DNA of 64,000 nt from Callorhinchus milii (lineage: Eukaryota): positions 118,298,001-118,362,000 of the forward strand of contig NW_024704742.1 in NCBI RefSeq assembly GCF_018977255.1, in the 5' to 3' direction. Below the pieces are notes generated by a model, which saw only the letters and a list, made by a program, of their open reading frames with translations, searched no databases and was not told where the DNA came from. A program made the translations under genes and the position numbers. Positions 50,715 to 63,220 of the stretch are shown here, one piece after another; the stretch's first letter is position 1; every line of letters begins with the position of its first letter.

Positions 50715-51300
50715 AATAATAATCCTTGCATTTGCTATAGTGCCTTATCATGTCTTCGAGATGTCTCAAAGAGCTTCACAGAAAATACTGTAAAATGAAC
50801 TTCCATTTTATGGGCGAAACTCGGCAACCAATTGCGCACAGCAGTGTCCCACAAACAGTCGTGAATTAAGCGACCAAATTTTTTTAATAAGAAATCATTA
50901 CCCCCAGAAAAGCAATCTGCCCAACGACTAACAACTGGATTCCTACTTACTGCTAGGTAAAAAGAAGCGTATGGAGTAAGGAAACTTGGCCAGTGTTTTG
51001 CACTGCCTGGGAATCGAACTCAGGTCCTTTTTTTTCTTTAGTGAGACATTAAACCAAGGCTCCATCTGCTGATGCAGGTTAAAGATCCCATGGCAATATT
51101 TTGAATGAAAAGCAGGGAGTTGTGCTCGCGTGGCCAATATTCCCTCTTCATCCAAATACACCATTGCTGTTTGTGGGACATTGCTGGAGCACATAACCTG
51201 CCAAGGTTCTCTACTCAAGAACAGTCACTATACTTCAAAATAAATCAGTATGTGAAGTGTTTTGAGACTTTTTGACATGGAATAGCACAATATCAAACAA
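50715..51300. mobile_element. SINE A long variant (-, 50715-51028) adjacent to a DeuSINE-like element (+, 51040-51300)
   Basis: Shared motifs as above. Confidence 0.8.
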
Positions 51301-51879
51301 AACATCTGCCACTTGTCAGCCCAGTTATCTAATCTATCCAGACCTAGTTGTGTTCCTTTGTTTTCTGTTATTAGCCACTCAGCTTGATACAGTATTGTTA
51401 AATGACAATGTCAACTTTGTTTGCTTGGCCATTTTAAAGGGTTTATATACAGTGTAAACAAAGAGGTTGTGCCATAATCCCGGAGACACCCTGCTGCTTA
51501 CCTCCTTCCAACTCCATCAACAAATGTCCTTTGTTTTCAATGAACAGGCCAAATTTGGAATCACTATTTATTTGATTCAAATTGCTATTCTTAGCTATCT
51601 GCAGAGTGAAACAAGTGTAATGATGTATTTTGTCACGATTGCTTTCCGCCCAGCATGTCAAGTGACCTGGGAGGACTACAACAACAACAAATTTACATTT
51701 GTATAGTACCTTTCATGTAAGGTGCTGGTACTGATAACTTATGTCTGTCTTATTTAAGTGTGTTTAAAGATTTGCCAACTATATGCAGGATTGAATGTGA
51801 ATTTAGGAATGGGAAGTCAGAGTTGGGATTGAGGATCCTGTTCAATGAAATTCTCTCGGAAGTGAGCAGATACATTACT

Positions 51880-52892
51880 CTTGATTACTCATTTTGTCCA
51901 TCTGTGACCAGGGCTCCTCTGCCTCCTCGTCCTCCTTGACCTCTCTGCTGCCTTCGATACTGTGGATTACTCCATCTTCCTCCACTGCCTCTCCTCTTAT
52001 CTCCTCTCTGTCTTATCTCTCACACCATCTCCAATTTGTCTCCGCCAACGGTTTCTCTTCCAGCCCCCACATTGTCTTGTGTGGCGTTCCTCAGGGCTCT
52101 GTCCTCGGTCCCCTCCTCCTCAACCTCTTGGTGATATCATCCGCAGACATGGGGTCAACTTCCACATGGATGCGGATGACACCCAACTCTGGCTCTTTGC
52201 CTCCACCCTTGATTCCAGGACCACTGACGTCCTGACAGACTGTCTGTCTGACATCAAGTCCTGGATGAGAGTAAACTTTTTACAGCTGAATGTCAGCAAA
52301 ACGGAGGCTCTCCTAATCGGCTCACGCCAGCGTTTCCGCACCTCAGGCACTGGCAGCATCAGCATCCATGGTTGCACACTTCACCTCACCAAGCCAGTCA
52401 GGAACCTGGGCAACTTGCTCAACCCTCAATTGCCCTTTCTCCCCCATATCTGTGCCATGACCCGCTCTGTCTTCCCCCACATCCACAACATTGCCCGACT
52501 CTGCCACTGCCTCACCCTAACCCGTATACGCGCATTCATCACCTCAAGGCTCGACTACAGAAACTCTCTCCTTGTCGTCCTCCGCAACTCTTCCCCCCCA
52601 CAAGCTTTAGATCATCCAGAACTCATGTTCTCTCTCGCAATAGGCTCTGTGACCCCATCACCCCACCTCCACCGGCTCCCCATCCCTCAGAGCAGAAAAT
52701 TCAAAATCCTGGTCCTCACTTTCAAGGCCCTCCACGGCCTTAGCCCCTCCTACAGCTCGGACCTGCTGACCCCTATCGACTTGTCCACTCCCTCCGCTCA
52801 GCAGGCTCCGACCTGCTCCATACCTCCTGCCCGACCTGCCCTACCATCGGTGGCCAGGCTTTCAGCCTCTTTGCCCCCACTCTTTGGAACTC
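51880..52892 (+). mobile_element. L2 LINE ORF2 (RT and C-terminus) remnant
   Basis: LDLSAAFDTVD, GVPQGSVLGP, FHMDADDTQL, LQLNVSKTE, AFITSRLDY; frameshifted. Confidence 0.95.
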
Positions 52893-53089
52893 AGCTGTTC
52901 TAAAGCAAGTACCAGCTGACCTTAATATAACAAACCCTGGTTATTATGATCCGTCTGGTTATAACCAACTCCACGTTGTGACCCGTTTTTTCCTATTAAT
53001 TCTTACCCCAATACAGGGATCATTGAAAAAGTATGGCCACTAATATAACGAACACAAACGGTATCGGCTTTGTTCTGCTTAGTTTGAGT

Positions 53090-53400
53090 CATTGAGCTAT
53101 TTCAAAGTACTCACAAGATCTACTGTAATATGGTTTTGACTGTATTTTGTGGGCGAAGTATGGCAGCCAGTTGCAAAGAGCAGTGTCCCACAAACAGCAT
53201 GTTATTTGAGGAATTGTTGATCAGGACAACGGAAGAAACTCCCATCTCTTTCCGAATAGTGGGGTCTTTAACATCCACCTGAACAGGCAGATGGGACCTC
53301 GGAGTAACGTTTCATCTGAAGGACGTCACCTCCGACAATGCAATATACCCCAGCAATGCATTGTAATGTCAGTTTAGACTATGTGATTCCAAGCCCTGAA
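53090..53400 (-). mobile_element. DeuSINE-like family B
   Basis: ACATCCACCTGAACAGGCAGATGGGACCTCGG. Confidence 0.8.
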
Positions 53401-54429
53401 TAGATTTAATCCAGGGTTTGGAAAAGTGTAAAGCATGGATTTTCCTGTTGCGGTTTGTTTCTTTTGAATGCGAATTTGGTGCACAATAAATGTTTGTGGC
53501 ATTTTGATTTGGGTCTTCACTGTCTTGATGCAACTGGTATTCTATGAACTCTGCTTTATGATAATTCTGGCCCTGGCCAATCTGTCTGTAAATTATATGT
53601 ATCTATCTTTAGTAAAGACTTTCCCTTCGATCTTCCTATGGCCACTCCCTCTTTCTTCCAACTTGGCATCAAACTACACCATTGTTCAGGGCTCTGAAAT
53701 GCCACCCCACACGAAGTGCACTAAATAATGCAAGTTGTAAAATCTGTGGTATAACTGAATAGTCTGTTGACACTCACTGTTTGGATTCATGTGAGAGCAT
53801 CCCTTTCCTTATTTGAGGAACGCTTGACAACTATCATCAGGTTGTGCAGCCTTTCCAGGTAAGCAGTTTGTTCCTCCCCTGGGGGGAGGAACTATTTATT
53901 TAGCTTTCATTTTAAAATGCATATTTCTCCCCGTCTCTCTCTTTCTCTCTTGGATTCCGCTGAACAGAACAATTCCTTCCTGTGTTACTTGCCTAGATTC
54001 TGCTTCCTACCTGCCTTTAGCAGGATTGTGCTGCCTTTAACATGAATCTGTGGAACCCACATCCTGCTTTGTATTGCACCATTACATGAACCAAGATCCT
54101 TTGTTTTGCTTCTCTTTTCTATCTGACATATTTGTGCATCCCAAAGCTGAAAGTAACTGTAGCTCCCCAATCAGCAGTGTTCCCTGAGCCAGTTGATGGA
54201 AATAAATGACTGTGGAAGCAAAGTGAGAAGATAATACAGTAGTTTGTGCCCCAGTCAAACATTGGGTGAAAAAAGTGATGTTTCTTGAAATCGCATTTTA
54301 CACCCCATCATTCTGTAATTGTCAACACCTTTTAGTTTTCACTAATTGTATCAGATTACTAGGGCAGTTATGGCAACAGATTTAGATTTAAACTGACTAT
54401 TTACCTGGAACTAGATAAATACTTGCAAA

Positions 54430-54660
54430 CCAACAAAAACTTGGATTTATCTAACGCCTTTCACACAAGGTAACGCTTCAGAATGTTTTACAGTGGTGGG
54501 GTTGGACGCCGAGCAAGGGAGAAGTGGGGGAGGGGGAATTGACCATAGGCTTGGTCATAGAGGTAGATCTTAAGGTGAACTCAAAGATAATCGAGAGGGT
54601 GGGGTGGAGGGATTGAGGCAGAGAGTTCCAGAGATTAGGAGCAAAGTGGTAAAAAAGCAT
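54430..54660 (-). mobile_element. L2 3' end, degenerate
   Basis: APNLWNSLPQ translation, tail. Confidence 0.7.
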
Positions 54661-56574
54661 GAGCACTTGATCTTAGTTGGTCAGCAATAGTGGTGTTGGC
54701 TTCGCTCACTGATCCCTCCTGTATACGAATAGGATAGGTGAGGATAAGATTCCAATAGATTATAACATCACTAGCTGTAATTGAATAGTCTGCCAACATT
54801 CATTGTCTGGATTCATGTACTAAGAATGAGCCACTTGGATGAGCTACCAAAGAACTGCTCGGATCCATAAAACGTTATCCAGTGCATTCTGGAGAGGACG
54901 AGAGAAAATTGGAAAATAAAATATCTGATATTCTAATAAAGTCTGAGGCCAAATATAATAGGACAAATGTGCAAGCCTGGGGTGATGGGGGGGAGAAGAT
55001 TGGGTATTTTCTGCTGCCAATACATTTATTGCCTTGTTGGGCATGCTCATATAATAGGATTTTTCCATTATAGACCCAGATCCATCCAGTTCTGTAAATC
55101 TACTAACCAACAGAAAATAATAAGCGCATGCTATCAAGGCCAGTAAACAGCCCCCCTAGATGGGTCAATGCCTTTCGGCTATGACAAAAACTCCATTCAG
55201 GATTAAGTGAAAATGGTAAATGCAACAAAATAGCAGGAAAAAAAGGGACTTTTTCAAAAACTACTTTAAGACGTGGAAAGCGAAGCAATCCCTATAAATT
55301 AAATGGAATAATAACTCTTACTTTGTAAGCACAGAAATTAGGTCGCTAAACATCCTGATGCATAGGTCTTGTCACCGTGCTAACTAAAGCTATCTATATA
55401 CAAACTTAGGTTCATGCGCTGTATTGTTGCAGCAAGTGATACATAGATGTTGTTACTATGGAAGGAACAGCAGAGTAGTTAATCCACATCATGCAAGTGC
55501 CCTAGAGAACCATAAACAATTTTAGTAAAGCGGGAGGCCATACAGCCCATCGTGCTGGTATTGGCCCTCAGAAAGAGCTCAGCGTTTAGTCCTATTCTCC
55601 TGCCTCTCCCTATACCCTTTGATAATAATAATAAATAACAGTGATCCTTGAATTTAGTATAGACCTAATCCAATGCAGGGCTGGTTTGCTGAATACTGCA
55701 TTGTCGGAGGTGCTGTCCTTCAGATGAGAGGCAACTGAGGTCAGTTTGTTGCTCAGGCTGCTTAAGCTCCACATTGTAACTTTAAAACCTCCCAGTGGTT
55801 AAGTACATGGACCATGGAAAATGTAACAGTAGTTGCAGTGCTGAATATAATTTGCCTATGTGTAAGGGTGAAAAACAACTGAACAGGTCTAACATCTAAA
55901 AAAGAATAAACTACAGAGGCATAGGGAAAGGACATGTAAATGGGAGTGAAAGGATTGTTCTTTAAAGAGCCAGCACAGACACCATGGGCTGAATAGCCTT
56001 ATTCTGTGCTATAAGTTTCTATGGATCTAATAGCTACATAGACATAGTGTACAGGATAGTAGTTTGTCACTGTTGTTAAAATAGTCAAATGTGGCTAATA
56101 TTTTACAATGACCTTGTGTATTTGTTTGTAATTGTCTTCATACATTCTATGCATAATGCAGGAGGTCCTGGTGTTCATTGATTAGTTTAGATGTGAAAAT
56201 ATGCTAGAAACATGCTTGTGGTTTAGCTGAATAAACATTAATGAAAACCACAACAAAAGTCTCAAGAGTTGAGTGAAACAATATAATGGGTCTGAAAGGA
56301 ATTAACAGCCTGTGGGTGAAATGCCCTGTGAATTAGTGTAAAGATGCCTTCCCATTACAGTGATGTCAGTGAAGGTAAGGTTGCCATTGTTGGCTGCGGT
56401 GTGCGATGTAGGAGGTGGGAGATCCAATCTCTGGAGGTGCTGATACCAGCTAAATATGCAGTCATATAGAGGCTGATGCTGGAATTAAGCCAAATTTATT
56501 CTGTGAGGCAGTGGGTAAGCACTAAAATAACTACAGTATATCTAAAAAGATAAAGGAAAAGCAGTAAACACCGA

Positions 56575-57445
56575 AGAGGATAGTAGCAGATGCAAATGGA
56601 CATAGACAGACTGGTAACATAGGCAGACAAATGGCAGATGAAGTTTAATGTGGAGAAATCTGAAGTGTTGCAATTTGGGAGGAAGAATGAGGAGAGGCAA
56701 AATAAGATAAATGGTACAATCTTAAAGAGGGTGAAGGAACAGAGAGACTTGGGGGTTCATATAAGTAAATCTTTGAAGGTGGCAGGACAGGTAGATAAAG
56801 CTGTTAAAAAAGCATACGGGATACTAGGCTTTATAAATAGGGGCATAGAATACAAAAGTCAGGAAGTTATGATGAACCTTTATAAAACACTGGTTCGGCC
56901 TCAGCTAGAGTACTGTGTTTAGTTCTGGGCAGCACACTTTAGGATGGATGTCAAGCATTGGAGAGGGTGCAAAGGAAATTTACCAGGATGGTTCCAGGAA
57001 TGAGGGACTCCAGTTATCAGGAGAGGCTAGAGAAGCTAGGATTATTCTCCTTGGAGCAGAGAGGGTTAAGAGGAGACTTCATTTCAAAATTATGAGGGGA
57101 TTCAATACGGTTCAAGGAGAAACTATTTCCACTGGTGGGTGGATCAGTAACTAAGGACACCGATTTAAAATATTTGTTAAAAGAAACAGAGGGGAGGTAA
57201 GGAGAATTTTTTTCACACAGCGAGTTGTTCGGATATAGAATGCATTGCCTGAAAGGATGGTGGAAGCCGAGTGGATAACAAATTTTAAGAGAGAAGTAGA
57301 TAATTATTTGGGGAGGACAAGTTTGCAGGGCTATGGGGAGAGAGTGGGGGAGTGGGATTGAATTGGAAAGCTCTTTTCAAAGAACCAGAACAGACATGAT
57401 GGGCTGAATGGCCTCCTTCTGTGCTTATAATTCTATGATTCTAAT
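56575..57445 (+). mobile_element. CR1 LINE 3' portion
   Basis: WQMKFNVEK, RDLGVH, KAYGILGFINRGIEYKS, LYKTLVRPQLEYCV; (TTCTATGA) tail. Confidence 0.95.
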
Positions 57446-58299
57446 TCCATGATAACGAAAAAGGAATGGGGAAAGTCAATTAATGGGAATGAATGAATTA
57501 TTCTTTCAAAGCTCCAGCACAAACACATTGGGCCAAATGGCCTCTTCTGTGCTGTAAATTTCTACAGGTCTAATTATGGAACTATCAACTCATTTTGTTT
57601 CCAATTCATGAGTTGAGACTTCAGTTTTGTGGCTCCTGTGGTTGAACTGAGGTCACTTGGGGACATAGTACTAACACTCTCTGGAGATAACATTAACACT
57701 TGATATATATTGCTGCCAAAGGCAAATGGGCCAATGTATTTTTTCTGCATTTCCTATTCTCTTTTGTTAATATTTGAAGCAAAAGTTACACAAGACTGCA
57801 GCATTTTTTATAACAGGGCTGCAGTATCTTTGGTAAATTTCACAACACACTATCACTTTTGTTGTGAAATATTTCTTCTTTTTGTGTTGCTACTTTTTGT
57901 GATACTTCCTTGTTCTTTAAACTGTTCACTGTTCAGCCTGTTGATATCTTAGAAAGCATTGTTTGTGCAAGTTCCAATGCCAGTCTAGTTAGACTTGAAA
58001 CTGAGCCAAGTCACCAATCAATGTCAGTAACAGGCCTAAAGGCACTGCTCAGAAAAGTGCAATTTCTATATTTACTATTAAAACTCAGAAAAACGTGATT
58101 ACAGTAAGGAACAAGAAACTTACAAAGTTGATATGGTCTGGCAGCCCCTGCCACTGCCAGCCCGGCCATGACCACACAGCCTGAGGGCTGATGCCATCCC
58201 ACTGATCGCTCACTCCCGGTCACTGCATGTGCGTTTTGGCTGCCGCCCCGACCCGAGCCTCCCTCTCCTCTCTAAATGTTTCTCATCCCACCCCACTCA

Positions 58300-58762
58300 A
58301 TCTGCTACTCCCCCTCTGTCCTTTTCTCCCACCGCCCTCCCCGCCTTCTCTCTCTGAACTGGCTGCCTGTCCCAGAGAGGATTGACTTCAAGATCCTCAT
58401 CCTTGTCTTCAAATCCCTCCACTCCTCTGCACCCTACCTTTCTGAGCTCCTCTCTCCTCAAAACAGTGCCAGTTGTCTTCGTTCCACCGGGTCTGGCCTC
58501 CTCCTTGTCTCCCGCGTCCTCTGCTCCACCCTCGGCGGCCGTGCCTTCAGCCACTATGCCCCGGGCTCTGAAACTCCCTTCCTTCACCTCGTCCCCTCTC
58601 TTCCTATTTTCAGGTCTCTGCTGAAGACCTTTCTTTTCGACTGCGCCTTTGGTCACCTTTCTCCCCCTCCCCCTGACTCGGCTCTGGGATCCATTACTGT
58701 GAAGCGCTCTGAGACGCCGCCCGGCGTGGAGGGCGCTATATAAATCCAAGCTGTTGGTGTTG
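58300..58762 (+). mobile_element. L2 3' portion (second subfamily)
   Basis: LNWLPVPERIDFKILILVFKSLH..APYLSELL; GGCGCTATATAAAT tail. Confidence 0.88.
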
Positions 58763-58844
58763 ATATTTTACTAACTCGCAGTTGCAGTCCACGATCTGCG
58801 AACTGGAAGTTCAGTACCACAGTTTGGGATTCTTCAACTTCACC

Positions 58845-59352
58845 ATTAGAAACTCTGCAGCCCATGTCCTCTCCTGTACCAGACTCCGTAACCCTATCAC
58901 CCCCAAACCCTGCCTGACTCCACTGGCTTCCCATCACACAGAAGATACTGTTCAAGATCCTGGTCTTCACCTTCAAAGCCCTCCACGGCCTCACTCCCCC
59001 CTACCTCTGCGACCTCTTAACACCCTACCATCCTGCCCGCTCCCTCTGCTCAGCAGGCACCAGCCTGCTTCATGTCCCCCGCCTCGCCCTCCCACCATTG
59101 GTGGGCAGACCCTCTGCCACTCTGGTCCCACCCTCTGAAACTCCATCCCGCAGTCCCTCTGCCTATCCCCTTCCCTTGCCTCCTTCAAGACCTATCTCAA
59201 GATCCTCCTCTTCGACTGTGCTTTCGATCACCCTGCTTCCCCCCCTGCCCTCCACCTGACTCCCAGCTTGGGTCTGAAGCCCAACTGTTCAGCGCCTTGG
59301 GACATTCTCCCGCGTGAAAGACACTACACAAATCTAATTTTGTTGTTGTTGA
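58845..59352 (+). mobile_element. L2 3' portion
   Basis: NSAAHVLS, tail stem-loop, (TTG)n. Confidence 0.88.
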
Positions 59353-59498
59353 TGTAACAAATATTACGTGGACTGAATATTTCGCCCCCAATGGATTCTG
59401 ACTTTAAATTGAGTCATTGATGTCATACAAAAAGTCAGAAAAACTGTCCTACAGTAAGGACATGATGAGGAAGCAGAGTCTAGTGTTTGGTTTAAGTA

Positions 59499-59945
59499 CA
59501 ACAACAACAAGATTACATTTGTACAGCGCCTTTCACGTCGAGAGGACATCCCAAGGCGCTGGACAGTGTACAGCAACAACAACTTGCATTTATATAACGC
59601 CCTTCACGCCTGGTAGTATCCCGAAGCACTTAACAGTGGCGGAGTTTGACCCCGAGCAAGAGGGAGAGGGAAGGGGAGATGACTGTAATGACGATCAAAC
59701 AGGAAAGTCTTTTGGTGGGATTTGAAGGTGGGGTAGGTGGGGGGCGGGCAAGGTGGAGGGATTGGGGGAGAGATTTCCAGAGCTTCGGGGTGTAGTGATT
59801 GAAAACACGGCCACCAATGGTGGAACGTAGGAGGCGAAAGACGAACAGGACGCCAGAGCCAGCCGAGCAGCTGTAAATAATGAAAAGAAGGGGGCCAAGG
59901 CTGGAGCCTTGGGTACCCCGTTTGCCAAGATAAATTGTTGGCGGT
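59499..59945 (-). mobile_element. Two tandem L2 3' ends / fragments
   Basis: Two (AAC)n tails with the terminal stem-loop; GVP-like RT fragment near 59900. Confidence 0.8.
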
Positions 59946-60404
59946 TAGTCAAGTAAGACTCGACAATAGCAAATTGTATTTATATAGTTTGTGTACCTAT
60001 GAGATGTCAGCCTGGCTCAATTGGTAACACTCTCATCGCTGAGACATTTGTCCCATTTTTCTATCCATTCCTAAAGACTGCTGGTGTTAACTCCTTCCCC
60101 AACCTTAGCGAAACACCTGTGTTTGACTATCATTTTACATGATCATGATTGTTATGCCGTTCTGTGGTAAACCATCAAAAACAGTAATGGTGGCTGATGA
60201 AATCTTTGGGCTCAACTATTGTGCCAAAGTCTTTGAAGGTAGATGATGCATCAGGACACAAAGTTGGTCCCCTGATCAGAATCCTATTTATATTGATCTA
60301 GACTTAGAAAACTCTGAGGCAAGTTCTGATTGGAGCCAAGGTTTTGGTTCAATTGGTTTAACTTCATTTGATAGGACTTGTCGGATGTCACTATCACCGA
60401 CAAG

Positions 60405-60990
60405 GCCGCACTTCTCTTTGACCGTGCCTTCAGCTCCCCTCTCGACTCTCTACCCCCTCCTCGCTCCCTCCCTTCCCTCACCCAGACCATTTCCCCCCTG
60501 CTTGGGTCCTGACCCAACTGTACAGCGCCTTGGGACGTCCTCCCGACGTGAAAGGCGCTCTATAAATGGAATCTTGTTGTTGTTGTTGACTCTTGCCTTT
60601 GGGTTAGAAGATTTTGGGTTCAAGCCCCAAGTCAAGACTTTAAGGTCATGGTCTAAGGCTAAGATGACACACCAGTGCATTGTCTGAGGTGCCATCCTTT
60701 GGATGCAATAATAAACCATGATTTCATCCTCCTATTTAGGTGGATATTAAAGTTATCTTGATACTAATTGAAAAGAGAAGCAAGTTTCTACTGGTGTTCT
60801 GGCCAACAATTCTCCAGATAAAATTGGTCATTCACTTCATGGCTGTTGGTGGAAAATTGCTGTGTAGAAATTGGCTGCATTGTTCGTCTGCAAATACAGT
60901 CACTATGCTTCACAGCAATTCCCTGAGAAGTGCTTTGAGATATTTTAATGTTATAGGCACTATATCAAATGCAAGTACTGTATTAATATT
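60405..60990 (+). mobile_element. Young L2 3' end (60405-60588) followed by a DeuSINE-like element (60589-60990)
   Basis: CAGCGCCTTGGGACGTCCTCCCGACGTGAAAGGCGCT(...)(TTG)n, then family B head and body. Confidence 0.85.
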
Positions 60991-61874
60991 ATATTTGTCC
61001 CGAGACGAGCTTTACTGGTTTTCAGGCGCCATTAACCCTGCTGTTTTCCCGATAAGTAATTTTTCAACCCCAAGGGGCTCATTGCTGTTTTCACATATGT
61101 ACAAGTATGCTTGCCAGAAGGGATCACTGAATCATGACCAAAATCAGAAGCTTTGGCTTGTATCCCTTTCCCCAGGTAGGGACACTGAGGCTAATTCTAG
61201 TATGCCAATCTGTGCACCAACTGAAATTAACAAACATCCTGGATAGGTAATCGAACCTGGGATCTTCCTGAAAGACTGGGTGCCTCAGTACCACACTTGG
61301 TGGTGCCTTTAAGTGCTTAAAACATTCGGGGAGCCTGAGTAGACAGACATTAGTTAACACATTTTGCAGCTGCAGTCCCAAACAAATTGTAGAAAGCTTA
61401 ACTCTTGAACCATGAGCTCATTTCCCCTTTCCTCCACCCCCAATGTGTCTGAATCAGACAAATTAGGATATCTCGGTTCTCAGGCTAAGCTCACTCCAGT
61501 GCACACCCCCACACTCTGTTTGCAGTCTTCAAAGATCCGCCACAAATTCCCCAGTCAATACTACAAGCATTTTTCAAACTTGTAATCTGTGTTTCAGCTC
61601 TGAGTAATAATTCCTGGCGTCTGTGTTAAAATATTATACCAGTTATGAGGAACTTGTCTTCCTTATGTGCACAGATGGAAACATTCTCAGGAAGAATTAT
61701 CCGAGGAGTCAGCACTGTACTTCACTGATTGAAAATACGTCAGTGAACTATCACTCATCAGGAACTATGGGGCAATTCTTAGCATTATTACCTTTGATGA
61801 ACTGTTATCTAGTATCATTTTTTATGCGTACTTTTAAAACATTTTAATGCACACCTTCACCCCAATGCCCATGA

Positions 61875-62347
61875 CAGTTTCGCCCACAAATATACAATCA
61901 ATTCACTTTATAGTATATTCTGTAAAGCGTTTTGAAACGTCTTGAAGAAGTGATATAGTACTATATCAAATGCAAAGATTACTATTATTATTATAATGAC
62001 AACCTTTAAAGAACTGATGTGTGGTCTGAAAACAAGTGCATTACTGGTTCCTGTTTCCATTACATTGTTAAGTGCACTTAATATACTGAATATAGAATAT
62101 ACTGTAAAGTGAATTGACTGTATATTTGTGGGCGAACGCGGCAGCCAATTGCGCACAGCAATGTCCCACAAACAGTTGTGGATTGAAAATGACCAATTTA
62201 TTATTGTTTTGTTTTTTGGAGGGATTATTATTAGGCTCTGTGTGGAGTAAGGAAACTTGCCCAAGGTTTCGCCCTGACCTGCCTGGAATTGAACTCAGGT
62301 CTCTCACTTGCAACGCGAGAGCTCTAACCACTGAGCTACAGGACTCC
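61875..62347. mobile_element. SINE A tail (+, 61875-61996) and SINE A head/body (-, 62095-62347)
   Basis: Shared motifs; the minus copy breaks at the AATATACTG motif. Confidence 0.88.
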
Positions 62348-62640
62348 ATTAAGGGCGGTCACTTGAAAATTGGGATGAACAGTGAGTTTCCCTTTGTACT
62401 GAGGTTTTCACAAGGTGAGGTTCAAATGTGGCTTATAAAAGCGCAAGTGATGGAAAATACTGATTAACTTATAAAATCAGGAGTCTGCACTTGATGTGGC
62501 CTGAGGTTCCACACAGTGAAAGAGCAGCTTGAAAATACTGTGCACAAGTTCACTGATCTCAGCCCTGGCTGCAGTAATGGCACCCCAATTGATAGCAACA
62601 ATATCAACAACAAGTCTACATTTATATGGTACCTTTCATT

Positions 62641-63220
62641 AGAACATAAGAATTAGGAGCAGGAGTAGGCCATTCGGCCCCTCGAGTCTGCCCGCCATTC
62701 AATAAGATCATGGCTGATCTTCAGACCTAACTCTAATTACCTGCCCTGTCCCCATATCCCTTAATGCCTCTGTTTTTTAAAAATCTGTCTGTCTCAGCCT
62801 TGAAGATGTTCAAGGACTGAGCATCTACAGCCTTCTGGGGTAGTGAATTCCATAAATTGACTACCCTCTGAGTGAAGAAATGTTTCCTCAACTCTGTTCT
62901 AAAAGGCTGACCCTTAATTTTAAGACTGTGACCCCTGGTTATAGATTCTCCTACCAGGGGAAACAGACCCTCAGTGTCTACTGTATCCAGTGCTTTAAGA
63001 ATCTTATATGTTTCAATAAGATCCCCCCTAATTCTTCTATACTCTAGAGAATACAGCCCTAGTTTATTCAGCTTATCCTCATAAGTCAGTCCCCTCATCC
63101 CAGGAACTAACGGAGTGAATCTACTCTGCACCCGCTCTAGGTCTAGTATGTCCTTTTTTAAATAAGGAGACCAAAACTGCACACAATACTCTAGGTGCGG
63201 TCTCACCAAGGCCCTATAGA
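62641..63220 (-). mobile_element. CR1 LINE 3' portion, young
   Basis: Intact 158-aa ORF2 C-terminus VRPHLEYCVQFWSP...FFTQRVVNLWNSLP; (CATAAGAA) tail. Confidence 0.95.

Noticed and set aside
52910..53060. Possible second Tigger-like MITE (AATATAAC repeats)
   Set aside because: No matching second TIR or TA TSD could be read
53818..53864. + strand donor CAG|GTAAGC
   Set aside because: No convincing acceptor or partner exons on +
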